This document shows, piece by piece, positions 1 to 7,363 of a stretch of DNA of 53,299 nucleotides. Under the pieces are notes generated by a model. The model made no database searches. It was not told where the DNA came from and saw nothing but the letters and a program-made list of their open reading frames with translations. The stretch lies in IMG/VR virus record IMGVR_UViG_3300045988_183942. One strand, 5' to 3'. Source of the stretch: a virus. A program made the translations under genes and the position numbers. Numbering within the stretch: position 1 is the stretch's first letter; each line of letters opens with the position of its first letter.

Positions 1-11
1 CTTTTTTTTTT

Positions 12-43
12 GAGTCTGTAAAATTTCACAGACTCCTTTTTTC
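12..43. terminator. Hairpin gagtctgt-(8 nt)-acagactc flanked by T-runs on both sides (bidirectional terminator-like)
   Basis: 8-bp perfect stem at 12-19/28-35. T-run upstream (2-10) and downstream (37-42). Second copy at 53212-53243. Confidence 0.5.
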
Positions 44-68
44 TAATTGTCTACGGTGATTATTGAAG
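40..68 (+). repeat. 23-nt exact repeat tttctaattgtctacggtgatta followed after one mismatch by tgaag (copies at 40, 44519 and, within the terminal repeat, 53240)
   Basis: Direct reading. Both independent copies lie in intergenic DNA. Confidence 0.9.
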
Positions 69-266
69 AAGAAAAAAAACTTAAACATTAAATAATAAAA
101 AAAATAATTTTTTTTCAAAAATTGGAGCTGGTTCTTTTATTATTAATGATTTATTTTTTCTTCTAGTATTTTTTATACATATTAGTTATTATTTTTACAG
201 CTTATTTTAACATTAATTTATTTTTTTATAAAAAAAGAATAAAATTTTTAGGAGGATTGGAAAACA

Positions 267-1340
267 TTGCATAATCATAATCGTTTTCGAGTCTATGTCC
301 CACTCACCAAAAACAACCAACAAAATTACACGTTAAATGATGACGGAACATTAGACATCATAGGAACAGCAAGTACAACAAGCCAAGACTTGCAAAAAGA
401 CATTATGCTACCATCAGCCATAAACTCTATGAAAAAACAATTACTAACCAGTAATAAAAATCTTCATGGAGACCATGAATATGGTTTATTCACAGGTTTA
501 CTAGGTAGTATCAACAAAGTACTGGATTCTGATAATGATACTTTGAAAATAGGTGCCACAATACTTTCTAAATATGCACCAGATATTAAAGAAATGTTAG
601 ATATTGGAGTTAACCTGGGTTTAAGTATTGGTGGTGCACCAACTGAATATGATCGTAATCGTGATGGTGGTTGGAATGTTAAAAATGCAAGATTAGATGA
701 AATCAGTTTAACAAGCATGCCTGCAAACATAGATACTTTAGGTACAGTCACCACTGCTAAAGGAGTAGTTGAAGGAACATGTTTTGCAGGAGTATGTAAT
801 AAAATATTAAAAAACATGGAGACTAAAAACATGACAGATAATAATACTCAATCAGGTGCAGAACCTGAGGAACAATATGTTACTAAAAATGACTTAAAAA
901 TAGCTATGGATGAGTTATGGAGTGAAAAAGAACAAGGATTAGTAGAACAGTTATCTAAATCTATGGAAAGTACTGTTAAAAGTATGGTTCATGATGAAAT
1001 AACTCAAATCCAACAAAACAATAATGATGAGGGTACTGGTAACTCAGAAAACAATGATGGGGGAGATGGTGTAACTAAATCATTTTCTGCTGAAGAAATG
1101 GAAGAAAGAATCAATAAATCAGTTGATGATAGGTTACATGAATTTGAAGAAAGATTCTTCAAAAACTTAAATGAAACTCGTAAACCTACATCTCGTGTTG
1201 ATTTAAATAATATTCCTCCACACGGGGAAACTAATAATATTCAGAAAAATACTTTCAGTACTGAAGAAACTGCAGAAATATTGATGAAAAAACAAATGAT
1301 GAGAAATCCATTAATTGATGCTATTTCTCAAAATCTCTAA
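267..1340 (+). CDS. Prohead (HK97/S78-type) maturation protease with acidic scaffold-like C-terminal half
   Basis: TTG start about 11 nt after GGAGG. Motifs HGDHEY, GLSIGG and EISLTSMPAN fit the S78 prohead protease pattern. Sits directly upstream of the capsid gene. Confidence 0.7.
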   Translation: MHNHNRFRVYVPLTKNNQQNYTLNDDGTLDIIGTASTTSQDLQKDIMLPSAINSMKKQLLTSNKNLHGDHEYGLFTGLLGSINKVLDSDNDTLKIGATILSKYAPDIKEMLDIGVNLGLSIGGAPTEYDRNRDGGWNVKNARLDEISLTSMPANIDTLGTVTTAKGVVEGTCFAGVCNKILKNMETKNMTDNNTQSGAEPEEQYVTKNDLKIAMDELWSEKEQGLVEQLSKSMESTVKSMVHDEITQIQQNNNDEGTGNSENNDGGDGVTKSFSAEEMEERINKSVDDRLHEFEERFFKNLNETRKPTSRVDLNNIPPHGETNNIQKNTFSTEETAEILMKKQMMRNPLIDAISQNL

Positions 1341-1389
1341 AAAAAATAATAAAATTTTTATAAATTATAAAAAAAGAAGGTTTTTAAAT

Positions 1390-2352
1390 ATGAATCTCGA
1401 TGAAGTAATAAGCAAAGTAGCAACTCATTCTGCAGAAATAGATGAGTTAAAAAAAACATTTCAACAAGTAAGTGATTATCCTAACGCAATGCAACTTGAA
1501 TACAGTAATGTATTGCAAACTAAAACTTTTGAAAATGCACCATTACTCAGATATTTGGAAAGTAAAGGGCAAGTATTTGATAATAAAGCAGCTCTTGTAG
1601 GATATTTTGAAGAAAAAAGAGAAGCTGATGATGTTAAATGGATTGGTGAATTAGATGATATTCCAGATGCAGCTCCTGAACAAATTGATGATGTAACTGA
1701 CAAAATGAAAGCATTAGTTGCACCCATCGAAGTTTCCATGATGGCGCAAATGGGTAATAAATATATTGATCTTCTTGCTCGTAGACAAGAAAAGAAATTC
1801 ATTGATGTTAATAATAAAACAGATAAAGCAATCCTTGAAGGAACCGGTGATAGTACTAGTAAAGATTTCAAAGGTATTTCTTCAACTATTAAATCACATA
1901 GTGAAGATTTAAAAGGAGCTCCTATTACTGAATCTATTATTGATGATATGCTTGAAGATTTAAATAATGATAACAGTAATCCTGATGTTATTGTTTGTAG
2001 TTATGGTGTTGCTAAACAATTAAAAGCATTAGTTGCACCTTATAGAAGATTTAACGATAAAGTGGATATTGGGCTTGGACATAGAGTTACTACATATGAA
2101 TCTATGTTGGGTACTGAATTACCTATTCTTGTAGACCGTAATTGGGATACTAGTAAAGGAGATAAATTAGCAATTATTGATTCTACTACCGTAGAAGTTA
2201 GAAGGTTAATGCCTCCTACTTTGATTACTGATTTGCCAGTGAATAAGTTAGCTTATAAGAATGTTGTTGCAGCATTTCTTACTATGTTGACTAATGGTGA
2301 GTTTAAAGATGGTTTGATTACTGGAATTGGTGCTGCTTCAGATTCTCCCTAA
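1390..2352 (+). CDS. Major capsid protein (HK97-fold expected)
   Basis: ATG at 1390 preceded by AAGAAGG. 320 aa. Lies between the protease and the head-tail connector genes. The track start at 1315 has no RBS. Confidence 0.6.
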   Translation: MNLDEVISKVATHSAEIDELKKTFQQVSDYPNAMQLEYSNVLQTKTFENAPLLRYLESKGQVFDNKAALVGYFEEKREADDVKWIGELDDIPDAAPEQIDDVTDKMKALVAPIEVSMMAQMGNKYIDLLARRQEKKFIDVNNKTDKAILEGTGDSTSKDFKGISSTIKSHSEDLKGAPITESIIDDMLEDLNNDNSNPDVIVCSYGVAKQLKALVAPYRRFNDKVDIGLGHRVTTYESMLGTELPILVDRNWDTSKGDKLAIIDSTTVEVRRLMPPTLITDLPVNKLAYKNVVAAFLTMLTNGEFKDGLITGIGAASDSP

Positions 2353-2602
2353 TCCTGGAGGAGATCCTGAAACATTTGATTTAACATTTAATGTGACTGA
2401 TGCAGATGGGGCTGTTGAAGGAGCTAGTGTAACTGTAGATAATAAGACATGTACTACTGGTAGTGCTGGATGTTGTACTATTAAAGGTGTGGCTAAAGGT
2501 GAACAAACTGTAGTTGTATCTAAAACAGGTTATAATGATTATTCTTCCAGTATTACAGTTTCCGCGAATGATACAGTTAGTGTTGTTTTAACTAAAGGAT
2601 AA
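2327..2602 (+). CDS. Ig-like/CarboxypepD_reg-like beta-sandwich domain ORF, probably a +1 frameshift extension of the capsid protein
   Basis: Overlaps the capsid gene end in the +1 frame. No RBS or ATG of its own. Sequence DLTFNVTDADGAVEGASVTV...GYNDYSSSITV resembles small decoration domains. Confidence 0.45.
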   Translation: MVLLQILPNPGGDPETFDLTFNVTDADGAVEGASVTVDNKTCTTGSAGCCTIKGVAKGEQTVVVSKTGYNDYSSSITVSANDTVSVVLTKG

Positions 2603-2652
2603 AAATTTGTTTTTATTCTATTTTTTTTAATTTTTGATGTGAGTTTATTTTT

Positions 2653-3198
2653 ATGATTGATGAAACAGATATTCAACAAATATTAAAAACAGATGGTTTT
2701 GAATTGTCTGATGATGATTTCCAATTGCTTTTGGAGATTGTTAAAAGTCAGATTAATCAAGGTTTAGATGTTCCTATTGAACCTGTTAGTTTTACTCAAG
2801 TTGAAAATGGTTTCAATGATGATAAATTATTAGTAGACATGTTTCCAATTGATGAAATTCATTCTCTAAAAATAGGGGATTCTATTTTAATTGAAGATAA
2901 GGATTATAATATTGATTATGATGATGGTATATTATATTTTAATAGAACTTACAATGGTTTTTTAAGGTTAGAATATAGTGCAGGATTAACTACACAAGAA
3001 TACTCAACACACATAGTACCTTTAATCATCAACATGTTAGAATACAATTTAGACAATAGCTGGGATAAAAACGCATCAAGCATTAAAGAAGGAGACATAA
3101 CAATAAGTTATGATACCAGTATTGGCCAAGGAGCTTTAATACAAAAAACATTAAACGATTTAAACAATCGTTACTCAACATACATAAGGATGCTCTAA
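2653..3198 (+). CDS. Head-tail connector (gp6-like)
   Basis: Position after the capsid gene. N-terminus (TDIQQILKTDGFELSDDDFQLLLEIV) is typical of gp6-like connectors. Confidence 0.45.
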   Translation: MIDETDIQQILKTDGFELSDDDFQLLLEIVKSQINQGLDVPIEPVSFTQVENGFNDDKLLVDMFPIDEIHSLKIGDSILIEDKDYNIDYDDGILYFNRTYNGFLRLEYSAGLTTQEYSTHIVPLIINMLEYNLDNSWDKNASSIKEGDITISYDTSIGQGALIQKTLNDLNNRYSTYIRML

Positions 3199-3202
3199 GA
3201 CT

Positions 3203-3520
3203 ATGATTCCTTTTTTCAAAAATACAGATGTAGACATCTACACCTACAAAGGTTTAGATGAATATGGAGATAAAGAATATGTTTTCCGCAAAAGCATAGA
3301 AGCGGATATACAACCATTATCTAATGAATCAAGTATGCAGATATTCGGTAAAATACTGCAGGATACTTATAACTTGTATATTTCTATTCACTCACAATTA
3401 AATGATACCGACCATCTCTTAATACATAATGAATGTTACGAAGTAATAGGCAGTATTGAGGAATGGAATCACATTCTTAACTTTAAAAAAGTTGTGATAA
3501 GGAAATTAAGGAAAAAATGA
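3203..3520 (+). CDS. Head closure/head-tail adaptor protein
   Basis: Synteny and size (105 aa). Confidence 0.35.
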   Translation: MIPFFKNTDVDIYTYKGLDEYGDKEYVFRKSIEADIQPLSNESSMQIFGKILQDTYNLYISIHSQLNDTDHLLIHNECYEVIGSIEEWNHILNFKKVVIRKLRKK

Positions 3521-3924
3521 AGTGTGTAAATATGTTATTTGGAATGGATATTAGTTTTAATCCATCATACTATAAAAAATTAGGTTTGAAAGGTAAAGGT
3601 TTCCAACAACCTTTAGAAAATACTTTAGACCATGGTTTGCATGATGCAGAAACAATTATTAAACGAGAAGTTCCAAGACCTGGACATTCCAGGTCCACTA
3701 CTGGTTATAAACCAACTGGTAATCTTCAAAGAGGCATTAGTAAAAATAAACCTAACCCTTTAAAAGGGGAGTTGCATTCTAAAGCACCGTACTGGGTTTA
3801 TGTCCAGTGGGGTACTTGTAAAATGCCTGCAAATCCCTTTGTAACTCGTACAGCCAATCAAGTCGCACCATTATTTAAACAATATTTTCATGAAGAATTA
3901 AGTAAAGCTGGATTGTTAAAATGA
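3517..3924 (+). CDS. HK97 gp10-like tail-component/neck protein
   Basis: ATGA-type overlap with neighbouring genes. C-terminal PANPFVTRTAN motif resembles the HK97 gp10 family. Confidence 0.45.
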   Translation: MKCVNMLFGMDISFNPSYYKKLGLKGKGFQQPLENTLDHGLHDAETIIKREVPRPGHSRSTTGYKPTGNLQRGISKNKPNPLKGELHSKAPYWVYVQWGTCKMPANPFVTRTANQVAPLFKQYFHEELSKAGLLK

Positions 3925-4532
3925 CTTTAATGGAAAATGCTTTTTATAACTTATTAAACAAGCAAATACAATATGAGTCGATTGTACCTATAATAAAAGG
4001 TTATGCTGAAATAGATTCCACACCATGCATCACCATACAAACCGCTGATGAAACATTTGTTAAAAGAAGATATGTTGAAATAGACAACATTCAACATATC
4101 CAGAAACAATATCAAACCGATGTGTGGATTAATATTTGGTGTAACTCAAATAAACAAAGAATTAACATTATACAACAAGTACAAAACAGGATATTGCAAG
4201 CTGAAGCTAATCATTATTCAACTTGCAAAAATTATAATATGCAAGATAAATCTTGCGAAGTTTTAAATGATACTTGTAAAGCATTAACTAAAAATAAGCA
4301 TAGAGCACATAAAAACCAATGTCCTAATCTTGATATTTACAATTCTTTTTTTAAACATTATCATATTATTAAAAACACTTTTTCCATCAACAGTATAACG
4401 GATTTAGATGAATTAAACATTCATGAACCAGTATTACGTTCAATTTTAAAGTTAAAAATGAATTACTATTCTTATTATAAGATTGGTGGAGAAGTATATA
4501 CTCAATTAGAAATTGATGAGGAATTATTATGA
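3921..4532 (+). CDS. Tail completion/terminator-like protein (Cys-rich insertion)
   Basis: Synteny only: it follows the gp10-like neck gene and lies two genes upstream of the sheath gene. Confidence 0.3.
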   Translation: MTLMENAFYNLLNKQIQYESIVPIIKGYAEIDSTPCITIQTADETFVKRRYVEIDNIQHIQKQYQTDVWINIWCNSNKQRINIIQQVQNRILQAEANHYSTCKNYNMQDKSCEVLNDTCKALTKNKHRAHKNQCPNLDIYNSFFKHYHIIKNTFSINSITDLDELNIHEPVLRSILKLKMNYYSYYKIGGEVYTQLEIDEELL

Positions 4533-4774
4533 CAATTAAAAACGAATCAAAAAATAAAAATAATAAAACTAGTACTGCTACACCTAAAGAAATCTTGTAC
4601 GAAGCAGTACAAAAAAATCCAACCCGTAATTATATTATTATGGGTGCTTTAACTCAAGCAGGATTATACAATCAGTACAAACAAGAAGAAACTATCTATG
4701 GTGTTGAAAACATTAAACCATCAATCACCACTAATGAATTGAATAAAATAATTAAAAATTATATTGGAGAATAG
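4529..4774 (+). CDS. Hypothetical structural-module protein
   Basis: Translationally coupled ORF of 81 aa. Confidence 0.4.
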   Translation: MTIKNESKNKNNKTSTATPKEILYEAVQKNPTRNYIIMGALTQAGLYNQYKQEETIYGVENIKPSITTNELNKIIKNYIGE

Positions 4775-4779
4775 AAACT

Positions 4780-5925
4780 ATGAGCATAAATGAAACTCCA
4801 AAAGTAAGATACTTTGAATCTGTCAGTAACCCAATATTATCTGGAGTAGGTGCAGAAATACCATGTTTCATTGGAATAACTGGTAATGCCACACCTAAAA
4901 CTGGTATACAGAAATTTAAAAACTTCCAACAAGTCTACAAAACTGTAGAAAATGGAGGTATTGGTACTGACTTAGAAAACAATCAATTATTAATTACAGT
5001 CAATGACTTTTTTAAAGAAATAAAAAAATCCAATAGTGATGATATAACTGTACCATATATTTACATTATTGATTTAGGAGCTGCAGAAGTAAGCACACCA
5101 AAACCTTGGTTAGATGCAATGAATGAAGCTAAAAAGAAAAGAGAAATACAAGTAGAATCTTATGTTGGTTTCAAAAAAGAAGATACTGCAAAAGACATAA
5201 TCAGTATTATGAATTCTGCAATAGAACTCCTTAAACAAGATTCAGAACATGGAAACCCAAGAATGGCATATTTCACAGTTATTGGTGCAAATGATGAAGA
5301 ATTAAAAACATATACTGATGATAGTCAAGAAAACTACATTCAAAATACTAGAGCAGTATTAATGCCTGCTGAAGATTTTGGTAAAAATGTAGCTAAAGTT
5401 TGCATCACACCATATTATGAAGAACCAGGATATACTGATTTTAGAACTGTCACTCCTGGAAAATATAGTAATAGGACTCGTGAAGAATGTGATGAGTTAC
5501 AAGCCGCAGGAATCACTTTTATCAATGATGAATTAGCAGCATCTGAAATACACCCAAGAATTAACCTTGCAGTGTCCACAGCTTTTGCAACTACTCCAGA
5601 TAATCGTCCTAATGATTCATTGGTTCATGCACGTAGAAATGTTGATCAACTGGTAAGGGAAGTTTATGATGCATTATATGTGCAACTCAAAAGAAATGAA
5701 ACTGAAACTAATCTCAGCTATCTTCAATCAGATATTGATGTGATAGTTGATAGGAAGATAAGTGATGGATATATGATGAATGGTACGGAAATTAAAGTAG
5801 TTGAATCTGAAATCAACCCATATGACCTTAAATGTGAAGGTGTAGCAGTACCTGTAAACAGTACTTTACTTATTGGTTTTAGCATGTACATTGAAGCACC
5901 TAACGCAACCGTAGGAGGTAATTAA
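4780..5925 (+). CDS. Contractile tail sheath protein
   Basis: 381 aa and immediately upstream of the tube gene. N-terminus VRYFESVSNPILSGVGAEIPCFIG resembles the sheath N-terminal consensus. Confidence 0.55.
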   Translation: MSINETPKVRYFESVSNPILSGVGAEIPCFIGITGNATPKTGIQKFKNFQQVYKTVENGGIGTDLENNQLLITVNDFFKEIKKSNSDDITVPYIYIIDLGAAEVSTPKPWLDAMNEAKKKREIQVESYVGFKKEDTAKDIISIMNSAIELLKQDSEHGNPRMAYFTVIGANDEELKTYTDDSQENYIQNTRAVLMPAEDFGKNVAKVCITPYYEEPGYTDFRTVTPGKYSNRTREECDELQAAGITFINDELAASEIHPRINLAVSTAFATTPDNRPNDSLVHARRNVDQLVREVYDALYVQLKRNETETNLSYLQSDIDVIVDRKISDGYMMNGTEIKVVESEINPYDLKCEGVAVPVNSTLLIGFSMYIEAPNATVGGN

Positions 5926-5927
5926 GT

Positions 5928-6332
5928 ATGAGTATAACAATAAATCCTGATGATAACACATATGACCTTGGTGAATTAAGATTAGATAAAGAAATTATTG
6001 TTTGTGAAGATTTTAATGTGGAATTCAGTAGTGAATCTGAAACTCGTCCAGCCACTAACAGTCGTGACCCTGTAGGTTACAAAGGAGGTAAAAACGAGTA
6101 TAAATGGGAAGCTAATGGGGTTTCCCCTGAATTCTTCAGTATGTTGAGGGATTATCAAAGAAACAGGAGAAACTTCCCTATTGGAGTTTTTAATTTTAAT
6201 GATGATGGTGATTATAAAGAATTGTTCACCTTGTTACATTGTCGTATTGATTCCTGCACACCTACACAGGAAGATGAAGGAATGAGTATTGATGTATCTG
6301 GTACGGCATTAAGTGTTAAGGATAAGAAATAA
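5928..6332 (+). CDS. Tail tube protein (XkdM-like)
   Basis: 134 aa, GGAGG RBS. Fits the order sheath-tube-chaperone-tape measure. Confidence 0.55.
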   Translation: MSITINPDDNTYDLGELRLDKEIIVCEDFNVEFSSESETRPATNSRDPVGYKGGKNEYKWEANGVSPEFFSMLRDYQRNRRNFPIGVFNFNDDGDYKELFTLLHCRIDSCTPTQEDEGMSIDVSGTALSVKDKK

Positions 6333-6354
6333 TTCTTATCCATATTTTTTTTTA

Positions 6355-6402
6355 GTTATGGTACGGGTGTATTTAATATAGGTTCGATTCCTAAACATAA
6401 CA
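6355..6402 (+). other. tRNA-like mini-helix (acceptor-like stem plus T-arm GGTTCGATTCC), not a full tRNA
   Basis: gttatg(g) at 6355-6361 pairs with cataac at 6396-6401. T-arm is tagg-ttcgatt-ccta at 6379-6393. No D arm or anticodon arm is present. Confidence 0.3.
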
Positions 6403-6439
6403 ATTTCATAAAAAAATTGAGAAAAAAAGGAGATTTATT

Positions 6440-7174
6440 ATGGTCAGTGAACAAACAACCAAATTTTTATGGGATGTTAAATTCCCAAATGAATGCAAAG
6501 AATTACCTTATGATTATTTAACAGAATACGAGCAAATGTTAGTGGATAAATGTGTTAATCATGAAATATTCACCGAACAAGAACAAAAAGAATTAAAACA
6601 ATTACTACACGATTACAGACCATACTTCAAAAAATACAACACGGAAGTAGCAGAACAAAACATTGAAGCAACACAACAAATCGTGAAAACACAATCACAA
6701 CTACTTGAATTAATACATGACAAATCACAATATCGTATAGACATGAATTATTATATAAACGGTCAGAGATTCCTATTACAAATGAGGATAAAACCTTACA
6801 CTGACAAACAATACCTTGAAGGAATGGGTACACAAATGGGATTATTCCGTGATTTAACCCGTGATGAGAAAAAATTAATCGCAAAAGCAGAAACAAAACA
6901 ACCAATGAGTCCTGAAGAACATAAGATGTATCAGGCATTATCAGATAAAATCATGGAAAAAGCTTATGATTTAGATAACAATTTAAAAATCATCAATGAA
7001 TTTCTTGCAGACCGTATGGAATTCGTAGATGATCCTGAAAAAACTTTCGAAGAAAACCTCCAATTCTGGGAGCAAATAGATTTAGATACTAAAACAAGTT
7101 TATTCCATGAGGTCCGTGGCAGGTTAAAATTAAATGATACTTTCACGGAAGAATTATTTCCACCTGTTAGATAG
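6440..7174 (+). CDS. Tail assembly chaperone (gpG/XkdN-like position)
   Basis: Lies between the tube and tape measure genes. AAGGAG RBS. Confidence 0.5.
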   Translation: MVSEQTTKFLWDVKFPNECKELPYDYLTEYEQMLVDKCVNHEIFTEQEQKELKQLLHDYRPYFKKYNTEVAEQNIEATQQIVKTQSQLLELIHDKSQYRIDMNYYINGQRFLLQMRIKPYTDKQYLEGMGTQMGLFRDLTRDEKKLIAKAETKQPMSPEEHKMYQALSDKIMEKAYDLDNNLKIINEFLADRMEFVDDPEKTFEENLQFWEQIDLDTKTSLFHEVRGRLKLNDTFTEELFPPVR

Positions 7175-7358
7175 TTTTATCGGTGAAGTTTATTTCCGTG
7201 TTAGTAAACATTTAAGCATTCCTATCAGTGAAGTGATTTATAAAAGGAATGATTTAGATATTATGATGTTAATGCGGAAGTATGGTATGGAAATAAGACA
7301 CGAGCAAGAGCAAATCAGAGAATTAAACAAACAAAGAAGAAAAAATAATAGGTGGTAA
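7134..7358 (+). CDS. Second tail chaperone ORF (gpT-like), possibly a frameshift extension
   Basis: Overlaps the chaperone end by 41 nt in the +1 frame. Has no RBS. Ends at the tape measure RBS. Confidence 0.4.
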   Translation: MILSRKNYFHLLDSFIGEVYFRVSKHLSIPISEVIYKRNDLDIMMLMRKYGMEIRHEQEQIRELNKQRRKNNRW

Positions 7359-7363
7359 AAAGT

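Larger units (their letters stand above)
1..99. repeat. Direct terminal repeat, left copy (identical to 53201..53299)
   Basis: Read directly: nt 1-99 are identical to nt 53201-53299. Confidence 0.95.

Noticed and set aside
1315-1389. Upstream extensions of track ORFs (1315 for the capsid gene, 12752 for the hub protein, 16346 for the fibre, 35492, 43232, 44526)
   Set aside because: An internal ATG with a properly spaced GGAGG/GGTGA-type RBS exists in each case. The extensions overlap the preceding gene and encode junk-like leaders.
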